Shown here in pieces: positions 50,452 through 59,843 of a stretch of DNA of 64,000 nt. The position numbers and the translations under genes are program-made. The stretch is from the NCBI GenBank assembly GCA_963843795.1, contig CAWJLW010000006.1, positions 124,001 to 188,000 on the forward strand, read 5' to 3'. Numbering within the stretch: the stretch's first letter is position 1; every line of letters begins with the position of its first letter. The DNA comes from an uncultured bacterium. GTDB lineage: Bacteria > Armatimonadota > Abditibacteriia > Abditibacteriales > Abditibacteriaceae. The notes beneath the pieces were generated by a model. It searched no databases. It was given only the letters and a program-made list of their open reading frames with translations, and was not told the origin of the DNA.

Positions 50452-52050
50452 TTAAACTTCTATTGTTACACGTTCAGCGGAAACAATTTTCGGTGTGCTA
50501 TCGCTGTGATGTCCGTCCAGATGCGCGCGAAAATCGACTTCGAAAGTGCGGCGCCACGGCAAGATAATGTCGCATTTTTCAAGGGGAACCTCGAAATGGC
50601 GGCGCGCCAAAAGTTGGGCGAAATGGCCGAGTTCGCGGCGCGTCTGGGTTTCGACCGACACGTTATCACCTTCGTTCATCTTCAACGGAGAAATGCCCAG
50701 ATCGCGCGCGGCGCGCTCAACTCCGCTGCGTACTTTGGCCTGATAAAACCAGTCATCGACCAAGCGCTCGAACACGAATTGGCGCTGTAAAGCCAACGAT
50801 TCCTGAAGTTTTTCTTCACTCCATTTGTCGCTCAAATTTTCATAGCGCTTCATTGCCGCGCCCTGTGCCAAAACGGTTCCGGTTGTGTTACCTGCCGTGT
50901 TCCAGCCGGCATAAATCGCCAGTTTTCCCAGCAATTTGCGCTTATCGAGTTCGGTCATTAACAAGTTATCGCCGCCATTAGGAAACGCAACATCGCACAA
51001 AGCCACGCGTTCGCCATTGCGCAATGCGGTTTCTAAGGCGTCCATCCACTTGCTGATGCGCGTGCGACGCTCGGCACGCGCTTCCTCGCTTTCGTCTTTT
51101 TGCGAACCGCCAACCGGCGCGTTAATGAACAATTGGAAATCGTTTTGCCCGCTGCAAGTACTTGCGGTTGAGTTTCCACTTGATGCTTCGACCATCTGGC
51201 CTTTGCCCGCTGTGACGTGTTGTTGCAGCGCGATATGATAAGGCCGATCTTCAAAGGGTGCAATACGCTCGTAATCGGCGTCATCCGAAGGCCGCGCGCA
51301 CCAAGAGACGCCCGTATTCCAGTGACGCGCCAGAAGTGTTAATGCGGCTTCGTCGGCTCCGGGATGCAGCGACATTTTGTCGCCCACATTTAAGGCATCG
51401 CAGTGCGCGAGCAACTCATCTTGTTCGCTGCGATGCAAGCCCCATTCGGTGGCGTCTTCCTGAGTGATGAGCAAATAATCGAAAACGCCTTCGCTAAGCC
51501 ATTCGATCATCGACAAATTCACGTCGTGATTGCGACGGCGCGCTGCCAGATAACTTTCCAACACCGCAACGGGAATTTCGCGCGTTACTTTTTCCAGTTC
51601 ACCCCTGAGATGTTCGCTGTTGAAACGCCGCGCCTCATCGGCCAAACGCGCGTAACGCATGATGTTGTAATAATGCGCTACCGCCGCATCGCCATCCATC
51701 GTAATCGCCAAGCGCATCAAAATGTTGAAACCATAAATCGGCACGCCGGGCCGCGACTCGCGCCACTCTTTCAAAACGCTCAAGCGCTCCAACGCTTGTT
51801 GGGTCGAAACCTGCGGGCGTCGCGATGCGACCAAACCGCCATAAGCCAACATATCGACCGAAACGATGAGCGCTTCGACTTCGGGCAACTCGTGCAGCCA
51901 CGTCGCAAAAACTTGGCAATCAGCGGGTGAACTGAAAAACCCTAGCGTGCGGTCGTCGGGTTCAATCAATTGCGTGCCGCCCATCGCAGCGATCTGACGC
52001 GGAAAACGCGTGTTGCAAGGCCGATTATCTAAAGGAATTAATGCTATCAT
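50452..52050 (-). CDS. DUF4127 family protein
   Basis: IPLDNRPCN, SVDMLAYGGLVASR, PGADE, DVAFPNGGD, YAGWNTAGNT.G, LPWRRTFEV. Confidence 0.85.
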   Translation of the reverse strand: MIALIPLDNRPCNTRFPRQIAAMGGTQLIEPDDRTLGFFSSPADCQVFATWLHELPEVEALIVSVDMLAYGGLVASRRPQVSTQQALERLSVLKEWRESRPGVPIYGFNILMRLAITMDGDAAVAHYYNIMRYARLADEARRFNSEHLRGELEKVTREIPVAVLESYLAARRRNHDVNLSMIEWLSEGVFDYLLITQEDATEWGLHRSEQDELLAHCDALNVGDKMSLHPGADEAALTLLARHWNTGVSWCARPSDDADYERIAPFEDRPYHIALQQHVTAGKGQMVEASSGNSTASTCSGQNDFQLFINAPVGGSQKDESEEARAERRTRISKWMDALETALRNGERVALCDVAFPNGGDNLLMTELDKRKLLGKLAIYAGWNTAGNTTGTVLAQGAAMKRYENLSDKWSEEKLQESLALQRQFVFERLVDDWFYQAKVRSGVERAARDLGISPLKMNEGDNVSVETQTRRELGHFAQLLARRHFEVPLEKCDIILPWRRTFEVDFRAHLDGHHSDSTPKIVSAERVTIEV

Positions 52051-52092
52051 AAGACAAGTAAAAGTGGCGCACAGTATAACGAGACTGCGCGA

Positions 52093-52677
52093 CTAACTGA
52101 TTTCTTCGATTTTTGGGGTTATGGTAGAGCCGGAGTTTTCGCCTTCGCGCGCATCTTGCCGCGCGCGCGAAGGCATCAGATGAATCTTGTTCAAAAGGTC
52201 GCGTGCCGCCTGATTTTTGCCGTTCAGCGATAATTCGTGGCGCAGGGCGGTAATGGCGTCTTCGTAGCGTTTTTGCTTGTAATAAGCGACGCCGAGATTG
52301 TAATGCGCGTCTTTCCAGGTCGGACGCGCGCTGACCAAAGTTTCCAGGGTTTCAATCGAATCGTCGATTTTTCCCAGTGCATCGTAGCACGCGGCCAGAT
52401 TGAGCAGCGCCATTGAGTTTTGTTCTTCAAAGGCGAGCACATATTTGAGATGGGGAACGGCTTCATCGGCGCGACCAGCCAGATAAAGCGCCGCGCCCAA
52501 ATTGAGACGACCTTCCAAACGCGAAGGTTCGAGTTCCATCGCGGCTTCCATCGCTTCGATGGCAGGGCCGACTTTGCGCTTTTCCAGCGCCTGCGCACCC
52601 TGTTTCCAAAGCTCCGCCGCGCGCTGAGCGCCTTCTTCGGAGTTGGCCTGAGGTGAAGTTTTCTTTTTCCAAAACAT
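52093..52677 (-). CDS. Tetratricopeptide repeat protein
   Basis: Repeated NLG/A..Y TPR units. Confidence 0.85.
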   Translation of the reverse strand: MFWKKKTSPQANSEEGAQRAAELWKQGAQALEKRKVGPAIEAMEAAMELEPSRLEGRLNLGAALYLAGRADEAVPHLKYVLAFEEQNSMALLNLAACYDALGKIDDSIETLETLVSARPTWKDAHYNLGVAYYKQKRYEDAITALRHELSLNGKNQAARDLLNKIHLMPSRARQDAREGENSGSTITPKIEEIS

Positions 52678-52742
52678 GAAATTGTGCCCGCAATTACAAG
52701 TGGAATAACCAGAGAAATTATTGCAAGTACGTGCGCGGCGTT

Positions 52743-53114
52743 CTAATAATCGTCTTCGCTATCTTCGTCTTCCACATCGGGATCACCGTCGGAAAACGAA
52801 TCGAGTTCCTGACCTTTAAAGACAGTGACCAAGAAATCTTCGCGCGCGAACTGAGGCAAATGTGAACTGACAATGTCTTGATCGATTTGATCGACCAGTT
52901 CGGCGACCGCGTCACCGTCCAAATCTTTTTCTAAAATCAAAGTTGCATGAATCAAGTCGAGGCCGAAATGCAAATCGACCTGTCCCAGACGCGTGTCGTC
53001 TTGCCAGATGATAAAAATCTCTGACGATTCGGTGCGCACCACGCGCACCAAAGTTGCTCCAGAGCCTGCGCGTTCGCGCGCTCGGCGCGGTTCTTTATCT
53101 TCGTTTCGTGCCAT
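52743..53114 (-). CDS. Hypothetical protein
   Basis: RVVRTESSE..RLGQVDLHF..IHATL; acidic tail. Confidence 0.65.
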   Translation of the reverse strand: MARNEDKEPRRARERAGSGATLVRVVRTESSEIFIIWQDDTRLGQVDLHFGLDLIHATLILEKDLDGDAVAELVDQIDQDIVSSHLPQFAREDFLVTVFKGQELDSFSDGDPDVEDEDSEDDY

Positions 53115-53254
53115 CAATTCGCATCCTTAAAATGCCAGCTTTGCGGTTCCTGCGTGCGGCAAGTACTTGCGCAACTTCTTGCGGTGTCTATCAGATTATA
53201 GCGCAGCCTCGCAATTCTGACTTTAATCACGAGGAGTTGCGCTAAAATCGAAGC

Positions 53255-54892
53255 GTGACTTTTTCAACCCATTCACTCGACAAACGAGAAAAGCGCTGGT
53301 TGTGGTCGATTATTGCGCTGCATCTTTTAGCGATTGCGCTGCCTTATCTGTGGGCGTTTCTCATCGTGCCGCCCGGCTATGTGTGGGGCGGTTTGCTTTT
53401 CAATCCTGACGATCAGAACGTGCATCTCGCGTGGGCCAAAAGTGCCGCGCAAGGTCAGCTTTTTTCGCGCGATGGTTTCACGACCGAAAATCTCAGCGAC
53501 GGTTCGCGCCCGCTTTTCTTCAACGCCCTCACTGCGTTTATTGGTTTGCTATTGAAAATCACCGCGTTACCAGTGGTTACGATTTACCATTTTTTACGCT
53601 TGATTTTCGCCGCGTGCGCCCTGAAATGGTTTCACGATTTGTGCGCGCAATGGACGCATTCGCCGCGCGTGCGATTAACGGCTGTGGCTTTGGCGGCGTT
53701 TGCTGGCGGCGCGGGCTGGCTACAAAATTGGCTGCCGCAAGTATTTGCGGGTATTCATTTCGTCGATAAACCCGCACAAGCTATCGCGATGATGCCCGAA
53801 GCGTGGGGCTTTTTCTCGGCGTTCGTTTTCACGCTCAACATCGCCACTATGGCGCTTTTGTGCCTCGCACTTGCGCGCTTGCTGCGCTTTCAGCAAAGCG
53901 CGCAACGCCGCGATTTAATCGTCTCCGCCATCTCGGCATTTTTTCTGTCGAACATTCACACTTATGACGCGTTGCCTTTAATGATTTTGATAATTGCGGC
54001 CACGTTATGGCAGCGCGAACGAAAAAATTGGAAGGGCGCCGCGATTGTGATAATCGCGGCGAGTTTGCCGGTTTTGTATCAAGTCGTAGTCTTTGCGGGC
54101 AGCGAAGAATTCCGCTTGAAAGCGCTTACGCCGACGAGTGCGCCGCCGCTTTGGGACTTGGCTTTTTCCTACGGATTTTTACTTTTGCTGGCGCTAACAG
54201 GTGCGTGGCAACTGCGACGCGAGCAGGGCGCACGCTGGCCCTTGTTGTGGATTGTCATTACCTTCGTCATTATTTACGCGCCGGTTTCGTTCGCGCGCAA
54301 AATGATTGAAGGTGTGCACTTGCCCTTGTGCTTCTTGGCTGCTGTCGCGATTGTCGCACTGATTGAACGCGCGCATTCGGTTTCGCTGCAACGCTTTTCC
54401 CTTGCAGCATTTGTCGCGTTTTTATCCATTTCGAGTTGGCAGTTTGTCGCTTGGTGCGTTGGCGAAAACTGGCGCGATAATAACATTTCGCGCGGGCCAT
54501 TGATGCCGCCGTTACTGCTTACTCAGGGCGACATGGGAGCGCTGCGTTATTTAAATGCGCTACCAAACGAACGCAAGTACTTGCGGGCAGTTTTGAGCTT
54601 TCCTAAATTGGGCAATTACATTCCGCAAGCCACTGGCTTCAACACTTATATCGGTCACTGGGCCGAAACGCTGCACCGTGATGAAAAAATAGCGCAGATG
54701 ACAGCATTTTATGACGGGTCGATGAGTGAAACTCGGGCGCTAAAATGGCTGCGCGATAATCGCATTGCATACCTCATTGAAGGTGAATACGAACGCGGAA
54801 TTTTTCCTAACACATTGCCCTCGGCGCGCTTTGGTTGGAAACCGCTTTGGACGGAAAATGGCACGGCAATTTATGAGATGTCTCGAAAATAA
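53255..54892 (+). CDS. Multi-pass membrane protein, probable GT-C glycosyltransferase
   Basis: NPDDQNVHLAW acidic luminal motif, many TM helices, C-terminal soluble domain (YIGHWAET). Confidence 0.65.
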   Translation: MTFSTHSLDKREKRWLWSIIALHLLAIALPYLWAFLIVPPGYVWGGLLFNPDDQNVHLAWAKSAAQGQLFSRDGFTTENLSDGSRPLFFNALTAFIGLLLKITALPVVTIYHFLRLIFAACALKWFHDLCAQWTHSPRVRLTAVALAAFAGGAGWLQNWLPQVFAGIHFVDKPAQAIAMMPEAWGFFSAFVFTLNIATMALLCLALARLLRFQQSAQRRDLIVSAISAFFLSNIHTYDALPLMILIIAATLWQRERKNWKGAAIVIIAASLPVLYQVVVFAGSEEFRLKALTPTSAPPLWDLAFSYGFLLLLALTGAWQLRREQGARWPLLWIVITFVIIYAPVSFARKMIEGVHLPLCFLAAVAIVALIERAHSVSLQRFSLAAFVAFLSISSWQFVAWCVGENWRDNNISRGPLMPPLLLTQGDMGALRYLNALPNERKYLRAVLSFPKLGNYIPQATGFNTYIGHWAETLHRDEKIAQMTAFYDGSMSETRALKWLRDNRIAYLIEGEYERGIFPNTLPSARFGWKPLWTENGTAIYEMSRK

Positions 54893-54909
54893 AGATGCCG
54901 TAAAACCAA

Positions 54910-54943
54910 AAAAGCCCGCTGCAAGTACCTGCAGCGGGCTTTT
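54910..54943. terminator. Palindromic terminator candidate with a one-mismatch core
   Basis: AAAAGCCCGCTGCAAGTACCTGCAGCGGGCTTTT between convergent genes. Confidence 0.7.
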
Positions 54944-54955
54944 GGCGTTCAAGAT

Positions 54956-56155
54956 TCAGGCGTAAGAGCCGCCCGCCACATCGCCGCGCTCTAAACGCGC
55001 GCGTTCGCGCTCGACGCCCACGCGGCTTTCGTAATCGCTTTCACGATAAGCCTGCAACGGATCAATCGGCAAATCGTGACCTCTGCGCCATTCTTCCAAA
55101 AGTGGCTTGATATCGGAATAGAAGGCGCGCTTCAGACATTCTTCGGCACCAACTATATCTTGTTTGCTTTGCATTTGCGCCAAAAGTTCGCGGTCGACCA
55201 GACACGCTTTGGCATAAAGTTCCTGCGCGGTTAAAGCGGTTTGCAACATGGCTTGAATTTTGGGTTTTAAGTTGTGCGATTGGTCGATCATATAGAAAAT
55301 TTTGTTGACATCAACGCCGCGCTCGGCGGCGTTGCGGATTTCGTGAAAAATACGAAACACGGCGTACGGGTCGATAGACCCCAGAGTCAAATCGTCGTCG
55401 GCATATTTGCGGTCGTTGAAATGAAAGCCACCCAGCATATTTTCGTCCAGCAAAGTCGCCACGATGTGCTCGATATTGGTGCCCTGCAAATGATGGCCGG
55501 TATCGACCAGAACTTTCGCATTCGGCCCGGCTTTTTTAGCGAATAGATACGCCATGCCCCAATCGGCGATGTCGGTATGGTAAAACGCCGGTTCAAACGG
55601 TTTGTATTCGACTAACAAAGTCATCTTGTCCGGCATCGCGTCGTGCCAGCTTTTAAACGCTTTTTCTAAACGCTTTTTGCGCGCAATGATGTCGTCTTGG
55701 CCGGGATAATTGGTGCCATCAGCCATCCAAAACGAAATGCAATCGGAATCAACGGCGCGCGCGATTTTCAGGCAATCTTCGACATGGCTGTTGGCTGCTG
55801 CGCGCGCGGCGTCAACTGGCGAACACGCCGAGCCGAATTTATAGATTTGGTCTTGAAACAAATTTGGATTGATCGAACCAATTTTCACACCGTGCTTTGC
55901 CGCCATTTTGCCGACTTCATTGGGGTCGGTTCCGGGCTTAAAATCCCACAAAACGTGCGTGGCAACGAGCGGGCAGCAACCGCTGTATTGATGCACGATG
56001 CCTGCGTCGGCCAATTTTTCTTCAATTGTCGAAGCCGCGGCACTTTGCGTGAATTTGCCGAAGCGCGTGCCGGTATCGGCGTAGCCCCATGAAGGCGTTT
56101 CGATATGAAATTCGTCGAGCAATTGAAACAATGCGTCATTCTGAATCACGGCCAT
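54956..56155 (-). CDS. rhaI: L-rhamnose isomerase (RhaI-type TIM barrel)
   Basis: ETPSWGYADTGTRF, W.ADGTNYPGQ, EYKPFEPAFYHTD, VDTGHH, GGFHFND.KYADDDL. Confidence 0.85.
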   Translation of the reverse strand: MAVIQNDALFQLLDEFHIETPSWGYADTGTRFGKFTQSAAASTIEEKLADAGIVHQYSGCCPLVATHVLWDFKPGTDPNEVGKMAAKHGVKIGSINPNLFQDQIYKFGSACSPVDAARAAANSHVEDCLKIARAVDSDCISFWMADGTNYPGQDDIIARKKRLEKAFKSWHDAMPDKMTLLVEYKPFEPAFYHTDIADWGMAYLFAKKAGPNAKVLVDTGHHLQGTNIEHIVATLLDENMLGGFHFNDRKYADDDLTLGSIDPYAVFRIFHEIRNAAERGVDVNKIFYMIDQSHNLKPKIQAMLQTALTAQELYAKACLVDRELLAQMQSKQDIVGAEECLKRAFYSDIKPLLEEWRRGHDLPIDPLQAYRESDYESRVGVERERARLERGDVAGGSYA

Positions 56156-56384
56156 AATTTTGGTTTTCCTTGCAATTTGGTTTGAGTTAAGTAAGACGGC
56201 CCGCGCACTACCCTGCAAGTACTTGCAGCGAGCTTTCTGGCAAAGCTGTCACGATAGATAGCCCGCGTTCTATTGTGCGCTGAGCTAAAACTTCCGTGGC
56301 TGAAAGAACCTGCTGTATTTTTGTGTTGGCACGATACGATTGAATTGTTTTCCTAAATGCCGCACCGTTTTCGGTAGAAAGCAT

Positions 56385-56440
56385 CATGGAAGTGCAAAAG
56401 CGCGCTGCAAGTACTTGCAGCGCGCTTTTGCACTTCCATG
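56385..56440. repeat. 56-bp perfect palindrome with the iterated core (longest found in the window)
   Basis: CATGGAAGTGCAAAAGCGCGCTGCAAGT|ACTTGCAGCGCGCTTTTGCACTTCCATG. Confidence 0.92.
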
Positions 56441-56451
56441 TTTCAAATTTT

Positions 56452-58443
56452 TCAATTCGATAATTCATCGACCAGCACGCGCAGAGTTTCGGAAACGCTC
56501 CAGGCCTGTGCGGGCGTGCCGCGCGGGTGGTGTGGTGCGTCGCCATCGAAAATTTCAGAAATTGAATTGATGCCAGCTTCGTCGAGATGGTTTAGCATTG
56601 GCTGCAACCAATCGCGAGATTGCTTGAGCGACTTCTTGCTGTGGCGATTAACGCGCAGATACGCACTGAGGAACGGCCCCAGAAGCCAGCCCCACACTGT
56701 GCCCTGATGATAACTGCTATCGCGCTGCCACTGATCGCCAATATAAATGCCGCGATAAGCCGGATCGTGCGGGCTGAGCGAGCGCAGACCATAAGGCGTG
56801 AGAAGTTCGCGCTGCACAGTTTCCACCACGCTTTTTTCCACTTTTTGCGTCAGCAGGCGATGCGGTAGCGAAACAGCAAAAATTTGGTTGGGGCGAATTT
56901 GGTCGTTTCTGTAGTCGCCGTCGATGAAATCATAAAGGCAGCCGCGTTCTTCATTCCAAAACTGCGAGGTAAAGTTGGCTTTGGCGCGCTTGTGCCAGCT
57001 TCTGCACCGTGTGGCGAACGGAATATCGCCCATTTGCGTGGCGAGATGTTCGGCAATATTCAAAGCGTTATACCAGAGCGCTTGAATTTCGACCGGCTTT
57101 CCGGCGCGTGGTGTGAATGCGACATCGCCAACTTTGGCGTCCATCCACGTCAATTGAGTGTTGCTACTCGCGTCGCCACCACGCAGCAAACCGTCGTTTT
57201 CATCGGCCTGAATGCCGTAACGCGTGCCGCGCCAGTGCCACTCCAAACAATCTCGTAACGTCGGATAAAGCGTGCTCAATGCGGTGCAATCATCGGGGCG
57301 CGCTTGAAGATATTGGCCGACCGCGTGGAAAAACCACAGAGTGGCGTCGATGGTGTTGTAATCGGGAATTTCACCGGCGTCGGGAAAGCGGTTGGGAATC
57401 ATGCCCTGCGAAACCGCGCCCGCAAAAGCCAGCAAAATCGAAAGCGCTTCGCCTTCGCGCTGCGTGGTCAGGCACAAACCGGGCAGCGCAATCATCGTAT
57501 CGCGGCCCCAATCGCTAAACCACGGATAACCGGCTAAAATCGTGTGCAAACCGTCGCGACGGCGCACGATGAATTGATCGGCTCCCAGCGCCAAACGCTG
57601 CACCCATTTCGCATCGCCGTTGCTCGCGCGTCCCGACATTTCGCCCAGCGCGCGCCGCCGACCGATTTCACTGCTTTTGGTCGCGCGCATTTGCTCGACA
57701 TCTACAGTTTCTGTTGAGAACACCAGGGTGGAAGCGTTATAGGGCGAAATTTCCCAACGCAGAACCCCCGGATTATAAGCATCTTCGCACCAATCCAAAC
57801 CGCGCTCGTGTTCTATCGTATATTGAAAATCGTAATACCATGTGCCTTCGGGAGAAAAATCAAAGTTGCCGCTCATCATTACGGGCGGCAAGCCCTGATG
57901 CGGACACATCGTGAGCGTGCGCATATCGCCAGCGACTTCATCGACGATATGTTTGTTGAAATCATCGTTTGTGTGATAGATGCCGTGATAATCGCGTCCG
58001 GTGATAAAAGGCCGCGCTGTGAACGTCACTTCGTGATCGGACAACAGTTCGTAAGTGATGACAGTCACATTGCGCTCGTGCGGCATCCACAAAGTTTTTT
58101 GCACCACGATATCGGCGTTCAGTCCGGTCGTCGCAGCGGGAATCACGTACGTCCAGCGCGGCAACGGGTCGATTTCAAAGCGGTCGAGCCATTGATAGCC
58201 TTGCGGATGAATTGCGTTGGGAAATTGATTGCAGCCCAGTTCAAAAGTTTGCTCGCCGTTGGGCGTGTTCAGGTGCACAGTTTCATTGACACGGTTGACC
58301 AGCACGACGCGCCCCAGCGGCGGTTGAGTCGCCGGACAAAACGCCGCATGATAGCGGCGCGCATTACAGTTGACCAGCGTGCCCGAAGCGAAACCTCCGA
58401 TGCCGTTGGTTTCAAGCCACTCACGAGATAAATCGAATTGCAT
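56452..58443 (-). CDS. Glycogen debranching enzyme / amylo-alpha-1,6-glucosidase
   Basis: EWLETNGIGGFASGT, AGYPWFSDWGRDTMI, LTWMDAK, GKPVEIQALWYNAL, YHQGTVW, QAWSV. Confidence 0.93.
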   Translation of the reverse strand: MQFDLSREWLETNGIGGFASGTLVNCNARRYHAAFCPATQPPLGRVVLVNRVNETVHLNTPNGEQTFELGCNQFPNAIHPQGYQWLDRFEIDPLPRWTYVIPAATTGLNADIVVQKTLWMPHERNVTVITYELLSDHEVTFTARPFITGRDYHGIYHTNDDFNKHIVDEVAGDMRTLTMCPHQGLPPVMMSGNFDFSPEGTWYYDFQYTIEHERGLDWCEDAYNPGVLRWEISPYNASTLVFSTETVDVEQMRATKSSEIGRRRALGEMSGRASNGDAKWVQRLALGADQFIVRRRDGLHTILAGYPWFSDWGRDTMIALPGLCLTTQREGEALSILLAFAGAVSQGMIPNRFPDAGEIPDYNTIDATLWFFHAVGQYLQARPDDCTALSTLYPTLRDCLEWHWRGTRYGIQADENDGLLRGGDASSNTQLTWMDAKVGDVAFTPRAGKPVEIQALWYNALNIAEHLATQMGDIPFATRCRSWHKRAKANFTSQFWNEERGCLYDFIDGDYRNDQIRPNQIFAVSLPHRLLTQKVEKSVVETVQRELLTPYGLRSLSPHDPAYRGIYIGDQWQRDSSYHQGTVWGWLLGPFLSAYLRVNRHSKKSLKQSRDWLQPMLNHLDEAGINSISEIFDGDAPHHPRGTPAQAWSVSETLRVLVDELSN

Positions 58444-58650
58444 AGTGAATAAAGAATTATTTAAATGGTTTTACATAATACCCAAAATACCGAATTATGG
58501 CGCGTGGCAAGTACTTGCCACACAAAAATTGGAGCTTATATCTTTTGCTTCATTTCTCTGTTGCGTCAAAATGGCCAAACTCAGAAAAGTCACACTCAGA
58601 CTTTGTGCGACCTTTTAATGTTCTCTTGCAACAATGCATTGTGCTTATAA

Positions 58651-59796
58651 TCAGGCAAAGCGCAAAATCAGCCAGCCGATAAGCGCGCCGCCCGCGATGA
58701 ACCACGCCGAATTGAAGCGCGTTTTATGCAGCAACAGCCACGAAACTAAGCAAATGCCCAGCGTCCAACCATCAATCAATGCCGCGCGTCCCAGTTGCAG
58801 TGAAACGCTGGCCATCAAGGCCAGCGACGCGGCGTTGACCGAGTCTAAAAACCAGCGCAGCGCGACTTTGTTTTGTGCGCGTTCGAGCGTGCCCAACAAA
58901 AGTTTGACTAACAGAAATGAAGGCAGGAAAATACCAATTGTCGCGGTGATTGCGCCCGCTGCGCCACCGATTTGATAGCCGACGAAAGTCGCGGTCGTGA
59001 AAACCGGGCCGGGTGTCATCTGGCCAATTGCTACGGCGTCGATGAGTTGCGTATCGCTGAGGTATTTGGGCACAAATTCGTCGCGCAAAAACGCCAGCAA
59101 AACGTAGCCGCTGCCGTATAAAATCGCGCCGATTTTCAAAAACGACCAAAACAGGAAAATGGTTTTGCCGCCCACAAGCGCGCTCGCCAATAATAAAGGC
59201 GCACTTTTGGGCGTCGTGTTTTCGTCATCGGGCGCTGCAAGTACTTGCGGCGTGGTTTGCCGCGTTTTCGAGCGTTGCAGCCCGCCCGCGCACAAACCGA
59301 GCAGAGCGGCGACGAATAAAATAAACACTTCATTGGCGCGCCCGCTCAATGCGGCGCCAAAAGCACCCAATGCCAAAATGTAAGTGAACGGATTTTTCAA
59401 CGCGGTCGGTGCCAATTTGCCCAACGCCTGCACGATAATCGCGATGACGACCGGCTGCACGCCATATAAAAGCGCGCGCGAAATCGGCAGTTGTCCGTAT
59501 TTCGCATAAGCGACCGAAAGCGCGAAAACGATGATGAAGGCGGGCAAAATGAAAGCGGCGCCCGCAACCCACAAGCCAGCAGTTCCCGCACGCCGGCGAC
59601 CGATGGCCATCGTGAGTTCGGTCGAGTTGGGACCGGGAATCAAGCTCATCGCACCCGCGAGATCGAGAAATTCCTGATTGGAAATCCAGCCGCGCCGCTC
59701 GACAAATTCGCGTTGCATCAGCGCGATGTGCGCGACCGGCCCACCAAACGAAACTATACCTAAACGCAGAAAAATTAACGCCAATTCACGAAGCAT
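58651..59796 (-). CDS. chrA: Chromate efflux transporter (long-chain CHR)
   Basis: SFGGPVAHI, IPGPNSTE, YGSGYVL, GQMTPGP. Confidence 0.93.
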   Translation of the reverse strand: MLRELALIFLRLGIVSFGGPVAHIALMQREFVERRGWISNQEFLDLAGAMSLIPGPNSTELTMAIGRRRAGTAGLWVAGAAFILPAFIIVFALSVAYAKYGQLPISRALLYGVQPVVIAIIVQALGKLAPTALKNPFTYILALGAFGAALSGRANEVFILFVAALLGLCAGGLQRSKTRQTTPQVLAAPDDENTTPKSAPLLLASALVGGKTIFLFWSFLKIGAILYGSGYVLLAFLRDEFVPKYLSDTQLIDAVAIGQMTPGPVFTTATFVGYQIGGAAGAITATIGIFLPSFLLVKLLLGTLERAQNKVALRWFLDSVNAASLALMASVSLQLGRAALIDGWTLGICLVSWLLLHKTRFNSAWFIAGGALIGWLILRFA

Positions 59797-59843
59797 AAAA
59801 AGAAGAATCGGTCATGATAAGCGTGGCAAGTACTTGCCGCGCT

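Noticed and set aside
56208..56546. Small ORFs spanning intergenic palindromes (containing LQVLAA, CKYLQ or ASTC)
   Set aside because: Artefacts of the stop-free palindrome; no RBS or homology evidence
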